A stretch of 64,000 nt of DNA from an uncultured delta proteobacterium (GTDB lineage: Bacteria > Myxococcota_A > Polyangia > Fen-1088): the NCBI GenBank assembly GCA_963767925.1, contig CAVYGB010000013.1, forward strand, positions 128,001 through 192,000. The letters run 5' to 3'. Each line of letters begins with the position of its first letter. Positions within the stretch are counted from its first letter, which is position 1. This document shows, piece after piece, positions 8,000 to 19,365 of this stretch. Made by a program: the position numbers and the translations under genes. Below the pieces are notes generated by a model. The model was given only the letters and a program-made list of their open reading frames with translations, was not told the origin of the DNA and made no database searches.

Positions 8000-9147
8000 G
8001 GCGCCACCTGCCAGGTCCCCACCACCGGGCAGTGGTCGGACAGCAGCATCGGGTCGGCGCCGATGCCGAGCCGCCCCGGCTCCTGCAAGGTGTCGGTGCT
8101 CCCCTCCTGCCAGCTCGAGGGCGGCTTCACGAACAGGTAGTCGAGCGTACGGGTCCAGAAGCCGGGCTCGCCCCTCGCCCCCACCCGGTCCCGGCCGATC
8201 ACGCTGTGGGTGAAGTGCTGGCGCTGGCTCTCCAGGGTGGTGCCGTAGCGCTCGCGCGAGATGGCCGCCACGTAGTCCTCGTAAAACGGGGTCATGTCCC
8301 CGAGCTGGTAGGGGGGCTGGGCGAACTCGGTGCCCCGGGACTCCGGGTGCTCGTCGTTGAAGTCCACCGAGCGCAGCGAGCCGGGCGGGATGGCGTTGAA
8401 GTCGCCGCCCACGACGAAGGGCAGGCGCTCCTCGGCCAGCACCTCCCGGATCTCCCGGAGCTGGCGCGACTTGGTGCCGTCGGTGTCGTAGGCCTCGGTG
8501 TGCACGACCAGGGCCGCCACCTCCTGCCCGCCGAGGTCGAGCACCGCCCGGCCGATGGCCCGGTGGATGTAGAAGGCGGCGGTGGCGGGGTCCTGGTCGG
8601 TGCGATCGGACTGCGGGATCCGCTCGGCCGCGCGGATCGGGTAGCGGGAGAAGATGGCGTTGCCCAGATCCATGCGGCCCAGGCCCTCCGAGGCGATGTA
8701 GCGGCTGCGCCAGGTCGAGACGTAGGCCACCTGGGACAGGCCGGTGCGGGCCAGGATCTCCCGCACCATGTTCACGTAGGCCGAGCGGCGCGAGTTGACC
8801 TCGATCTCCTCGACCAGCAGGAGGTCGGGGTTCACCTCGTTGATGAGCGCCACCAGCCCCTGCAGGTTGGACTCGACCTCGGCGCGGGTCATCTGTACGC
8901 GGTCGCCCCACATGTCGAACCAGAAGTCGATCCGCCCGCCCGCGAACTTCAGGTTCCAGGCCATCACCTTGAGACGGCCTCCGGGCGGGGGCGGCGGGAT
9001 CACCGATCCGGGCTCGACCTCGACCCGCACCGGCCCGGGTAGCTCCCAGGTGGTGAAAAGTGGTTCACACCCAGATGCCACAAGAAAAACGACAAACGTC
9101 GTGAGCCAGCCCGATGCGGTGCCAGGCCGCAGCAGCCTTGATTTCAT
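7996..9147 (-). CDS. Endonuclease/exonuclease/phosphatase (EEP) family lipoprotein
   Basis: KVMAWNL, PDLLLVEE, GNAIFSRYPI, VVGGDFNA, TLDYLF, SDHCPV motifs; lipobox-like VASGC. Confidence 0.9.
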   Translation of the reverse strand: MKSRLLRPGTASGWLTTFVVFLVASGCEPLFTTWELPGPVRVEVEPGSVIPPPPPGGRLKVMAWNLKFAGGRIDFWFDMWGDRVQMTRAEVESNLQGLVALINEVNPDLLLVEEIEVNSRRSAYVNMVREILARTGLSQVAYVSTWRSRYIASEGLGRMDLGNAIFSRYPIRAAERIPQSDRTDQDPATAAFYIHRAIGRAVLDLGGQEVAALVVHTEAYDTDGTKSRQLREIREVLAEERLPFVVGGDFNAIPPGSLRSVDFNDEHPESRGTEFAQPPYQLGDMTPFYEDYVAAISRERYGTTLESQRQHFTHSVIGRDRVGARGEPGFWTRTLDYLFVKPPSSWQEGSTDTLQEPGRLGIGADPMLLSDHCPVVGTWQVAP

Positions 9148-9264
9148 GGAGCTTTTTCCCCGTCTCTCGGTAGGACATGTCTTCCTGTGGAAAACGTTTC
9201 GCGTCGTCCGACCCGGGCTTGCGAGCACCTTCACGGCAGCACAAAATGTGAGACTCAGGTCGAG

Positions 9265-10650
9265 ATGGCCCGTCGCGGTAGCAATTACGAAGATACCCGG
9301 ACCGACTGTGACACCACCAGGCTTCCAGCTCGTGCCGTCCCCGTCCTGATCGTTGTCGGCGACGCGGCCCGGCTGGGAGCCAGCCGCGCCATCATGCGCA
9401 TTCAGGGGTCGCTCCAGATCGGGAGGGCACCCGATGCGCCACCCGAGCAGGCCTGGGCCCTGGAAGACGACCGGGTGTCGCGCCGGCACGCCCTGATCGA
9501 GATCGAGTCGCCCGGCCGCGCCTACATCCGGGACCTCGGCAGCCGCAACGGCACCCTGATCGACGGCCGCTCGGTCGGGCCCGAGCCCTGCCAGCTCAAC
9601 CCCGGGTCGATCGTCTCCTTCGGCACCCACGTGGCGATCTTCCGCTTCGCCGCCGAGACCGACCTGGAGGCGATGGAGCAGGACTTCCTCACCCCCTTCA
9701 CGCCGGTGGCCACCGCCTCGCCGGCGCTCGCCCGCAAGACCATGATCCTCCGCCACCTGGCCAAGGGAAACGACGACCTGCTGATCGTCGGCGAGACCGG
9801 GGTCGGCAAGGAGGAGTTCGCCCGGGCGATCCACGCGGTCAGCGGCCGCTGGGGCAAGTTCGTGGCCATCAACTGCGCCGCCCTGCCGGGGTCGCTGATC
9901 GAGAGCGAGCTGTTCGGCTACGTCAAGGGCGCCCACTCGCAGGCCAACCGGGACAAGCTCGGCCTGATCGACGAGGCCGAACACGGCACCCTCTTCCTCG
10001 ACGAGTTCGCCGAGATCACCATGGAGGTGCAGGCCAAGCTGCTGCGCTTCCTGGAGAACAAGGACATGCAGGCGCTCGGCTCGACGAAGTCCCGCCGCAT
10101 CGACACCCGCATCCTCGCCGCCACGAACCGGGAGATGGGCGCCCTGCGGGCCGACATCGCCGCCCGGCTGGGGCCCGAGCCGATCCGCCTGCCGCCCCTG
10201 CGCGACCGGCCCGAGGACATCGGCGCCCTGGCCAGCCACTTCCTGCGCGACCGGCCCGGCCTGGGCCTGGAAGTCTCGGCCTTCCAGGCTCTGTGCCTGC
10301 ACGACTGGCCAGACAACGTGCGCGGCCTGCGCAAGGCCATCACCCGCGCCGCCGACCTGGCCGGCGCCCAGGGCGCCTCCCTGATCGGGCTCGATCATCT
10401 GCCCGAGGGGCTCGGCCGGCGGACCATCCCGGCGGCCCCCCTCGCCGGGATCCCCGAGCCATCCGAGGTGGCCCGCGCCGGCTCGCGCCGCCGCCCCCGC
10501 GCCGCCCCCACCAAGGAGGAGCTGCAGGCCCTGCTCGAGCGGCACGACTGGGTCGTGGCCCAGGCCGCCCGCGAGCTCGACCGCGACCACGCCATCGTGT
10601 GGCGCTGGATCAAGCGCTACGGCCTCGAGGCCCACAAGGCTCAGGCCTGA
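9265..10650 (+). CDS. FHA-domain sigma54-dependent enhancer-binding protein (FHA-AAA+-HTH)
   Basis: FHA motifs IGR, VSRRHA, DLGSRNGT; Walker A GETGVGKE; ESELFG; GAHSQA in place of GAFTGA; TLFLDE; WPDNVRGL; C-terminal HTH. Confidence 0.92.
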   Translation: MARRGSNYEDTRTDCDTTRLPARAVPVLIVVGDAARLGASRAIMRIQGSLQIGRAPDAPPEQAWALEDDRVSRRHALIEIESPGRAYIRDLGSRNGTLIDGRSVGPEPCQLNPGSIVSFGTHVAIFRFAAETDLEAMEQDFLTPFTPVATASPALARKTMILRHLAKGNDDLLIVGETGVGKEEFARAIHAVSGRWGKFVAINCAALPGSLIESELFGYVKGAHSQANRDKLGLIDEAEHGTLFLDEFAEITMEVQAKLLRFLENKDMQALGSTKSRRIDTRILAATNREMGALRADIAARLGPEPIRLPPLRDRPEDIGALASHFLRDRPGLGLEVSAFQALCLHDWPDNVRGLRKAITRAADLAGAQGASLIGLDHLPEGLGRRTIPAAPLAGIPEPSEVARAGSRRRPRAAPTKEELQALLERHDWVVAQAARELDRDHAIVWRWIKRYGLEAHKAQA

Positions 10651-10674
10651 GCTCGTCAAGCCGCCGACCTCCGG

Positions 10675-12084
<1,410 letters not shown>

Positions 12085-12143
12085 CCTGCCCAGTTTAGCA
12101 GTCTGTGACCTCGATCGAACCGGCCCGAACCTGCCGAAGATCC

Positions 12144-15100
12144 CTACAATTCCGCACTTCCGGCCGCTCCGGACAGGCCGGCGATCCGCTGCCCGATCCG
12201 GCCGGCCATGACGTTGGGGATGCGGGCGCAGACGGCGAGGGCCTCCTGCCAGAACCGGCGGGCGGCGGCGCGGTCCTGCCGGTTCGTGGCCTCGAGGCCA
12301 GCCAGCTCCAGCACCTCGATCAGCTCCTGGCCCTGGGCCACCGCGCGGGCGCGGCCGACCAGCGCCGCCCAGCCGGCGTCGTCGCCGCCGTGGACCAGCA
12401 GGGTGGCCATGTCGAGCAGGAGCTTGTCGTTCGGCAGCAGCAGGAGGTCGTGCGCGCTCCGGTCGCGGGCCTGAGCCTGCTGGCGGTGCACCTCCTCGAC
12501 CACCCGGGCCGCCTCTTGCCGCTGGTTCTGGGCCCACAGGATGCGAGCGAGCAGCACCGAGCCGTCGGGCCGGTACCCCCCCTGCCAGAAGTGGCGCTCG
12601 TCGACCTCGATCCAGCGGCGGGCGTAGGGCAGGGCCTCGTCGAGCTCGCCTCGCCAGTAGAGGAAGTAGGCGGCGTTCTGGTTGCCGAGCCGCTCGAGGT
12701 TGGCGTTGCCCATGCGGCGGGCGTTGTCCAGCACGCGCTGGTTGTACACCCGGAAGCGGGCCGGATCGTTGCGGGCGATCCAGAGGCAGGACCAGTTGTT
12801 CCACACCCCCGCCAGGTGCAGCTCGTCGCCCTTGGCCTCGCACAGCCGCTGCGCCCGGGTCAGCCGCTGCTCGGCCTCGTCGGCCTGACCGAGGAAGGGG
12901 AGCAGGAAGCCGAGCATCATGTCGGCCACCACCTGCACCTCGTAGCCGGCGTCGCCGGCCTGCTCGGCCAGGCTGGAGGCCGCCCGCAGGGCCGCCGCCG
13001 CCTCCGGGTCCCGGTTGAAGCGCTGGGCGGAGCGGCCGAGCGCCATCAGCACCCGGGCCTGCAGGGCCAGCGCGGGCTCGGCGAGACCTTCGGCCAGGGC
13101 CTGCGCCTGCTCGGCGAGCTCGCGCGAGCGCTGCCACTCGAACAGCCAGTCGAGCGCCTCCGCCTCGTCGAGCAGCACCTCGACCTGGGTGCGGCGGTCG
13201 TCGCCCTGGAAGGCGAGGGCCCGGGCCTGGGCCAGGTCGTCCCGCGAGCCCTCGTGGCGGGCCACCCGGTAGCGCATGATCCCCCGGCCCTGGAAGGCGC
13301 GCAGCCGGTTGCCGAGGTCAGCCTCCTCGAGCTGGCCGAGGGCCCGCGAATACAGGAGGTCGGCGTCGAAGTAGGCGTGGCGCTGGCGGGCCGCCTCGGC
13401 GAGGGTGAGGTAGGCGGCGGCCGCCTCCTGGCGCGCGCCGAGGGCGGCGGCGTGCCAGGCCAGGCGGGGCAGGCGGGTGGTGTCGGGCAGATCGGCGCTC
13501 CGGTAGTAGCCGAGGGCGGCCCGATGCAGCCGGTTGCCCAGCGCCTCGGCCACCGTGCGGGCCACCGCCTCGCGCATCATCTCGTTGCGGAACACGAAGC
13601 GCTCGCCCCGCCGGCGCACCAGCAGGCCCAGCTCCTCGAGGCGCGACATGCCTACCTGGGCGTCGAGCGGGAACAAATCGGCCAGCTCCCCCTCCATCGC
13701 CGCCAGCACCCCCGCCAGCTCCTCGCCGGTCAGCTCGTGGGCCAGGACCGACAGCAGGCGGGCGTGCGCCGCCAGGGCCTGCGGCAGCTCGTCCAGCTCG
13801 CGGCTGGCCAGCCACTCGAACAGCGGCGAGTCGGAGATCCGATCGAGGACCTCGCTGGCGACGTAGTAGGCGCCCCCCGCCTGCTCGCGCACCAGCCCCT
13901 GCTGGCGCAGGCCACGGATCAGATCGCACAGCAGCAGCGGGATCGACTGGGCCCGATCGACCAGGCGCTGGATGAGCGTCTCGGGGATCTGGCTGGCGGG
14001 CGCGAGGAGCTGGCGGCACAGCGAGGCGGCGCTGGCCGGATCGAGCGGACCCAGGCGCAAGGTGTGGGCGCCGGCGGCCCGTTGCCCCCAGGTGGGCCGG
14101 CTGTCGGCGAACCCCGGGCGGCCCAGGGCGCACACCCACAGCGGCAGCTCGGAAACGGTGGCCTGCTCCAGCGTGTCGAGCAGGGTGTCGTCGGCCCAGT
14201 GGGCGTCGTCGAGCAGCACAAGCACCGGCTGGCCGGCGGCCAGCCGGAGCAGCGCCGTCACGCCGGCCCGGGCGGCGTTGGCCCGCAGGGCGCCGGGGGC
14301 GGCCTGCAACGAGAGCACCGCCGGGTGATCCGGAGGGATCCAGCCGAGCAGCAGGGCGGCGGCGGTGGCGGGCTCGGCGGCGTCCAGGCCCAGCCGCTCG
14401 ACGAGCAGGGCCCGGCCGTCCCCCACCGCGGGCAGGGCGGGCAGGTCGAGGGTCCGCCGCAGCAGCCCGGCCAGCGCCTCGTCGGCGCCGTTGCCGAGCG
14501 GCTCGCGCGCGACGAGCTCGATCACCTCGGCGCCCGGCGCCTCGGCGCGCAGCCGCCGGGCGAGCTCGGCGGCCAGGCGGGTCTTGCCCAGGCCCGGCTC
14601 GGCCAGCACCCGGGCCGCCCGCGGCCGGCGCTCGGCCAGCGCCCGCTGGGCCTCGGCCACCAGCGCCTGCAGGTCGGCGTCGCGGCCGGCCAGGGGCAGC
14701 GCCGCTTCCGGGAGCGGCCGCTCGGCCACCCGCGTGCGATCGAGGTCGGGGGCGAGGGGGAGGTAGTGCTGGGGGCGGTCCGCGACCGCCTGGCAGGGCA
14801 CCGCCGACAGGATGCTGCGCGCGGAGGCGGTGAGGAGGATGGCCCGGGGATCGCCGGCGGTGGGGAAGCGCGACTCCTGCGCGAAGATCGGGCTCGAGAG
14901 CCGGGCGGGGCCGTCGGGGCGCGGGCGGGCGACGATCGTGTCGACGTCGACGATGAGCCGGGCGGCCAGCCCCCGGGCCATCAGCACCTGGGCGGCGGCG
15001 TAGGCCCGCTGTCCCGGGTGGTCGCCGGCCCGGTGGGTGAAGGCGCAGACGCAGCGGCCGGGCGTGACGTGGGCGAGCTGGCCGCCGAAGGGGTCGAGCG

Positions 15101-16175
15101 CGCTCTGGATGTCGGTGGGGGCTCCGCCGTCGGTGAGCAGGAAGAGCAGGGCCGCCTTCTGGCGCGCGCCCGCCGGCGCCGAGCGCCGGGCGCCCCCGCG
15201 CTCGGGCCCGCCCGGGGTGGCCAGCGCCGGGGCGTCGGCCGGCGCCTCCTCGGGCGCGCCGAGCGCCTCCTCGAAGGCGCCCAGCAGGGTGACCGCGTCG
15301 GCGAAGCGCTGCGCGGGGTCCTTGGCCAGGCAGCGCCGGATCAGCTCGTCGATCGCCGGCGGCAGCGCCACGAAGCGCGAGGGGGCGGGGGCCCGGAACG
15401 ACAGGTGGGCATACTCCAGCTCGCGGCGCTCGCCGACGAAGGGGGGCCGCAGGGTGTAGAGCTCGAACAGGATGACGCCGAGGCCGTACACGTCGGAGCG
15501 GGCGTCGGCGTCCTGGCCGGTGATCTGCTCGGGGGCCATGTATTCGGGCGTGCCCGCCCCCGCGTCGGTCAAGCTGCGCTCGCCGTCCGGCGTCGCCGCC
15601 CCCAGCGCCAGGCCGAAGTCGATCAGCCGGACCAGCGGCCAGGGATCGCCCGCGGTGAGGAAGACGTTCTCCGGCTTGAGGTCCCGGTGCAGGACGTGCC
15701 TCCGATGCAGGGCCGCGACCGCGGTCAGCACCCCGCGGGCCACCGCGGCCGCCTGGGCCAGCGCCGGTCGCGCCGGCCAGGACAGGAGCTCTTCGTCCAG
15801 GGTGCGGCCCTGCAGGCGCTCGGTGGTCAGGTAAGCCCGCCCGTCGGCGAGGGCGCCCCAGCCGGCCACTGCCGGCACGTGGGGCGGGCCCACCCGGGCC
15901 AGCAGCTCGGCCTCGCGCCGCATGCGCTGGCGGACCCGCGCGTCGGCGGCGTGGCTCACCTTCAGCGCGACCAGCTCGCCGTCCCCGGTGCGGGCGAGCC
16001 AGACCGACCCGAAGCCGCCCTGGCCGATGCGCCCCTCGACCCGGTGGCCCGCCAGCTCGGGCGCCACCGGTTCGACCACCTCCCCGGCCGGGTCCGCCGC
16101 GGGTGCCGGGGCGCCGTCGCCCGGGCAGGTGGCCCCGGGCGCGACCCGCCGGTGACAGCGCGGACAGCGCGACAT
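12144..16175 (-). CDS. Ser/Thr kinase - AAA/STAND-type ATPase - TPR multidomain protein
   Basis: N-terminal CxxC...C; GQGGFGSVW, HRDLKPEN, DFG, GTPEYMAPE; P-loop AEPGLGKTRL; Walker B LLDDAHWAD; helical TPR-like C-terminus. Confidence 0.92.
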   Translation of the reverse strand: MSRCPRCHRRVAPGATCPGDGAPAPAADPAGEVVEPVAPELAGHRVEGRIGQGGFGSVWLARTGDGELVALKVSHAADARVRQRMRREAELLARVGPPHVPAVAGWGALADGRAYLTTERLQGRTLDEELLSWPARPALAQAAAVARGVLTAVAALHRRHVLHRDLKPENVFLTAGDPWPLVRLIDFGLALGAATPDGERSLTDAGAGTPEYMAPEQITGQDADARSDVYGLGVILFELYTLRPPFVGERRELEYAHLSFRAPAPSRFVALPPAIDELIRRCLAKDPAQRFADAVTLLGAFEEALGAPEEAPADAPALATPGGPERGGARRSAPAGARQKAALLFLLTDGGAPTDIQSALDPFGGQLAHVTPGRCVCAFTHRAGDHPGQRAYAAAQVLMARGLAARLIVDVDTIVARPRPDGPARLSSPIFAQESRFPTAGDPRAILLTASARSILSAVPCQAVADRPQHYLPLAPDLDRTRVAERPLPEAALPLAGRDADLQALVAEAQRALAERRPRAARVLAEPGLGKTRLAAELARRLRAEAPGAEVIELVAREPLGNGADEALAGLLRRTLDLPALPAVGDGRALLVERLGLDAAEPATAAALLLGWIPPDHPAVLSLQAAPGALRANAARAGVTALLRLAAGQPVLVLLDDAHWADDTLLDTLEQATVSELPLWVCALGRPGFADSRPTWGQRAAGAHTLRLGPLDPASAASLCRQLLAPASQIPETLIQRLVDRAQSIPLLLCDLIRGLRQQGLVREQAGGAYYVASEVLDRISDSPLFEWLASRELDELPQALAAHARLLSVLAHELTGEELAGVLAAMEGELADLFPLDAQVGMSRLEELGLLVRRRGERFVFRNEMMREAVARTVAEALGNRLHRAALGYYRSADLPDTTRLPRLAWHAAALGARQEAAAAYLTLAEAARQRHAYFDADLLYSRALGQLEEADLGNRLRAFQGRGIMRYRVARHEGSRDDLAQARALAFQGDDRRTQVEVLLDEAEALDWLFEWQRSRELAEQAQALAEGLAEPALALQARVLMALGRSAQRFNRDPEAAAALRAASSLAEQAGDAGYEVQVVADMMLGFLLPFLGQADEAEQRLTRAQRLCEAKGDELHLAGVWNNWSCLWIARNDPARFRVYNQRVLDNARRMGNANLERLGNQNAAYFLYWRGELDEALPYARRWIEVDERHFWQGGYRPDGSVLLARILWAQNQRQEAARVVEEVHRQQAQARDRSAHDLLLLPNDKLLLDMATLLVHGGDDAGWAALVGRARAVAQGQELIEVLELAGLEATNRQDRAAARRFWQEALAVCARIPNVMAGRIGQRIAGLSGAAGSAEL

Positions 16176-16278
16176 TCCGGTCCTTCTACCACCGGCAGAC
16201 ATCGGCCGATTCGACACACAGCGGCGGGATCGGCCCCTCCGCGGTTCAGCGCCAATGCAATCTGGTCAGGTCCGTCAA

Positions 16279-16398
16279 CCCTCTCCCCGCGGTCCGCCGT
16301 GAGGAGAGGGCAGGGTGAGGGGCGGTTGCCGCGCCGTGGGCCCCTCCCCGTCGCGCGGACGCGCCGACCTCTCCCCACGACAGACCGCGGGGAGAGGT
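16279..16398. repeat. REP-like palindromic pair
   Basis: CCCTCTCCCC...GGAGAGGGCAGGGTGAGGGG and ACCTCTCCCC...GGGGAGAGGT hairpins in an intergenic region; similar to the 42539-42724 element. Confidence 0.6.
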
Positions 16399-16458
16399 GA
16401 TGTTCCGGCGTGCCGCGGGAGAGGCGGACTCGCTCGGTTGACCGATCGGATACGACGC

Positions 16459-16947
16459 TCAGCGCCCGCTGGAGCGCGCCAGAGGGACGAAGTCGGGGCC
16501 TTCGCCCGCGCCGACCGCCGCCAGGGCCGAGTGCAGGGCCGGGACCGCGTACGCCAGGCGCCCTTCGCAGGTCGGCAGGCGCAGGCTGCGGCGGGTGGCC
16601 TCCACGCCGGTGGGCGTCTTCTGGATGAGCAGCAGCTCGAGGCCGGGATCGGGGGTATGGGCCGGCAGGGCCCAGGCCACGGTGACGCTGTCCTCGTGGG
16701 CCTGCACCGCCACCCCCGGCCTCCCCGGCAGCGGCACCGGCTCGGGCTCGATCGCCGCGCCGGCGGTGTGGCCCCCGGACTGCTCGAGCGCCGACAGCCG
16801 GCCGTTCCAGTCGGGGCAACGCTCCGACTCCGGGTGGCCGTCGACGAGCCGGCGGTAGATCGCGATCGCCTCCTGCAGCCGCCCCTGCGAAGCGCACAGC
16901 TCGGCCATGGTCTCGGTCTCGAAGAGCGTGTCGCCGCCGATGTTCAT
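16459..16947 (-). CDS. Hypothetical protein with a TPR-like N-terminus
   Basis: TETMAELCASQGRLQEAIAIYRRL is TPR-like; ATGA-coupled to the ribF stop. Confidence 0.65.
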   Translation of the reverse strand: MNIGGDTLFETETMAELCASQGRLQEAIAIYRRLVDGHPESERCPDWNGRLSALEQSGGHTAGAAIEPEPVPLPGRPGVAVQAHEDSVTVAWALPAHTPDPGLELLLIQKTPTGVEATRRSLRLPTCEGRLAYAVPALHSALAAVGAGEGPDFVPLARSSGR

Positions 16948-17897
16948 CCCAGCACCTCCCGCGTCCGGCTCACATCCCGCCCGATCTGCGCGATCAGCGC
17001 CTCCACCGTGTCGAAGCGGCGCTCGTCGCGCAGGCGGGTCGCGAACAGCAACCGCATCCGGGCGCCGTACAGATCGCCGCCCGGGTAGTCGAGCAGGTGC
17101 GCCTCCACCGTCAGGCGCGCAACCTCTCCCACCTGGAAGGTGGGGTTGGTGCCGATGCTCACCGCCGCCCGGAGCTCACCGCCGCCGTCCAGGAGCTGGG
17201 CGCGGGCGGCGTAGATGCCGGTGCGGAAGGCGGGGTCCTCCCCCTCGGGCTGCAGGTTGGCGGTGGCGAAGCCGAGACCCCGGCCGCGGCCGGCGCCGCG
17301 CACCACCACCCCGGTGATCTCGGGCGGGCGTCCCAGCAGCAAGGCCGCCCCCTCGATCCGTCCCTCCAGCAGGAACTCGCGGATCTTCGTCGACGAGCAG
17401 TGCATCCCCTCGGCCGTCACCGGAGAGACCACCGTGACGCCGAAGCCGCGCGCGCGTCCGAGGTCGACCAGCATGGCGGCCGTGCCGGCCCGCCGGTGCC
17501 CGAAGCTGAAGTCGTAGCCGACCACCACGTGGCCCACGCCGAGCGCCTCCACCAGCACCTGGTCGACGAAGGCCACCGGCGGCAGGGCGGCCAGCTCGGC
17601 GTCGAAGCGCTCTACCACCGCGAAGTCGGCGCCCGCCTCGCCCAGCAGCTCGATCCGCCGGGCGAGGGGCAGCAGCAGGGGGGGCGCCAGCGCGGGCGCG
17701 AAGAAGCGGGCGGGGTGGGGATCGAAGGTCAGCACGCCGGCCAGCACGCGCCGGCTGTCGGCCTCGGTGCGGGCAGCGGCTACCAGCGCCTGGTGTCCGC
17801 GGTGGACGCCATCGAAGTTGCCGATGGCGACGGCCGGCGATCGGGGCGCCTGCCCGAGATCCGCGACCAGCCGTGCGCGGCCCCGAGCGACCCTCAT
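16944..17897 (-). CDS. ribF: Bifunctional riboflavin kinase / FAD synthetase
   Basis: IGNFDGVHRGHQ, TFDPHP, VVGYDFSFG, SSTKIRE, GRGLGFATANL, GTNPTF, VEAHLLD, LRDERRF. Confidence 0.96.
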   Translation of the reverse strand: MRVARGRARLVADLGQAPRSPAVAIGNFDGVHRGHQALVAAARTEADSRRVLAGVLTFDPHPARFFAPALAPPLLLPLARRIELLGEAGADFAVVERFDAELAALPPVAFVDQVLVEALGVGHVVVGYDFSFGHRRAGTAAMLVDLGRARGFGVTVVSPVTAEGMHCSSTKIREFLLEGRIEGAALLLGRPPEITGVVVRGAGRGRGLGFATANLQPEGEDPAFRTGIYAARAQLLDGGGELRAAVSIGTNPTFQVGEVARLTVEAHLLDYPGGDLYGARMRLLFATRLRDERRFDTVEALIAQIGRDVSRTREVLG

Positions 17898-17988
17898 GTT
17901 CACCGGATATACGTTGCGCCGAAGGTCGGTCAAGCACAACCGTGGCCAGGAACTCGACAAGGGTCCCGAAACGGCTTTCGATGTGGGC

Positions 17989-19254
17989 ATGCCGTTTCTG
18001 GCCAATCGCCGTCTGCGGACCTGGGTCGAGCTCGCGCTCGGCGGGGCGGTCCTGCTGACCGGCGCGCTGGCGCTGCCGCTCGGCCTGGCCAGCCTGGCCT
18101 CGGCGCCGCTGGTCGGCAGCGGGTACGCGCTGGCGCCGGCCGGCGTCGGCCCGTCGGTCCCGCCCCTGGCGGCGCTGGTGATCCGGGCCTTCGCCTGCCT
18201 GCCCCTCGGCGACGTGGCCACGCGGGCCAACCTCGCCTCGGTCGTGGCGGCCGCGCTGGCCGCGGTCTGGCTGACCCGCCTGGCTCTGGAGGTGCTGGCC
18301 GAGGTGACCGCGCCGCCCGACGGGGCGACCCGCCCGGCGCGCGAGGCGACCTGCGAGGCGATCGCCGCCGCCGGAGCGGTGGCCTGTGTGATGTTCGCGC
18401 TCGGTGTGTTCGTGGCGGCCACCTCCGCGGCCGGCAGCGCGATGACGCTCGCCCTGCTGGCCGGGTTCTGGGTGCGGGCCTTCCGGCTGTACCGATCGCC
18501 GGACAGCCCGCGCGAGGGGCTGGTCCTGGCGCTGCTCGCCGGGCTCGCCCTCGGCGCCGACGGCCTGGCGGTCCTGGTCTGCTGGCCGGTCGCGCTGGCG
18601 CTGTGGGGACGCGCGCTCCGCCGGGGCGATCGCTGGCCGCTGTTCGCGCCGCTGCTGGCGGTGGCCGGCGCCGGTCTGGGCCTGTTCGGCGCGCTGGACG
18701 CGGGGATCGCGGGCTGGCTGGGCGCCACCTTCTCCGCCCTGCTGGCGCCCGCCGCGGCAGAGCCCGACCGGCTCGTCCTGCAGTCGGCGGCGGACGCGGT
18801 CACCGAGATCGGCCCCATCGCGGCGCTGGCGGCGGCGGTGGGGCTCGTCGTGCTGGCCGCCCGGGTCCCCCGCCTGGCCCTGGCGACCGTGCTCGCCGGG
18901 GGGACCGCGCTGCTGCTGGCCGGTCCGGGCGCCGCCGCCCTGGCCCCGGCCGCGGTGCCGCTGGCCGTGGGTATCTCCCACCTGGCCGGCAAGCTCGGTC
19001 CGGCCCGGGCCGCCGCCGCCCTCGTGATCGGGGTTGTCGCGCTGGGCTGGCCCGCGCTCGATGGCGGCGGTCGCTGGACCCGCCCGGCCCGCCTGCCCGA
19101 GCGCCTGCTGGGCGAGGCCCACGCCGGCATCGCGCCGCGCGCGCGGGTGAACCCGGGCAGCCGGCCGATGTCGGGCCTGCTGCTCTACGGCCGCGCGCTC
19201 GGCTTGCGCCCCGACGTCACCCTCGAGCCCGCGGCCACCGGGACGGTCCGCTGA
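17989..19254 (+). CDS. Multi-pass membrane protein (possibly DUF2723/GT-C-like)
   Basis: Many hydrophobic segments; PLG..ATRANLASVVAAALA resembles the DUF2723 N-terminus. Confidence 0.55.
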   Translation: MPFLANRRLRTWVELALGGAVLLTGALALPLGLASLASAPLVGSGYALAPAGVGPSVPPLAALVIRAFACLPLGDVATRANLASVVAAALAAVWLTRLALEVLAEVTAPPDGATRPAREATCEAIAAAGAVACVMFALGVFVAATSAAGSAMTLALLAGFWVRAFRLYRSPDSPREGLVLALLAGLALGADGLAVLVCWPVALALWGRALRRGDRWPLFAPLLAVAGAGLGLFGALDAGIAGWLGATFSALLAPAAAEPDRLVLQSAADAVTEIGPIAALAAAVGLVVLAARVPRLALATVLAGGTALLLAGPGAAALAPAAVPLAVGISHLAGKLGPARAAAALVIGVVALGWPALDGGGRWTRPARLPERLLGEAHAGIAPRARVNPGSRPMSGLLLYGRALGLRPDVTLEPAATGTVR

Positions 19255-19365
19255 TCCCGGGATGACGCTTCGCTCTACGCCGAGAACTTGTTCGTAGACG
19301 ACCCGGGTCTCCCCCAGACATAGTGGCTGCTCCCCGGGGCCCCAAAACCTCGAAGGGTATGCCCT

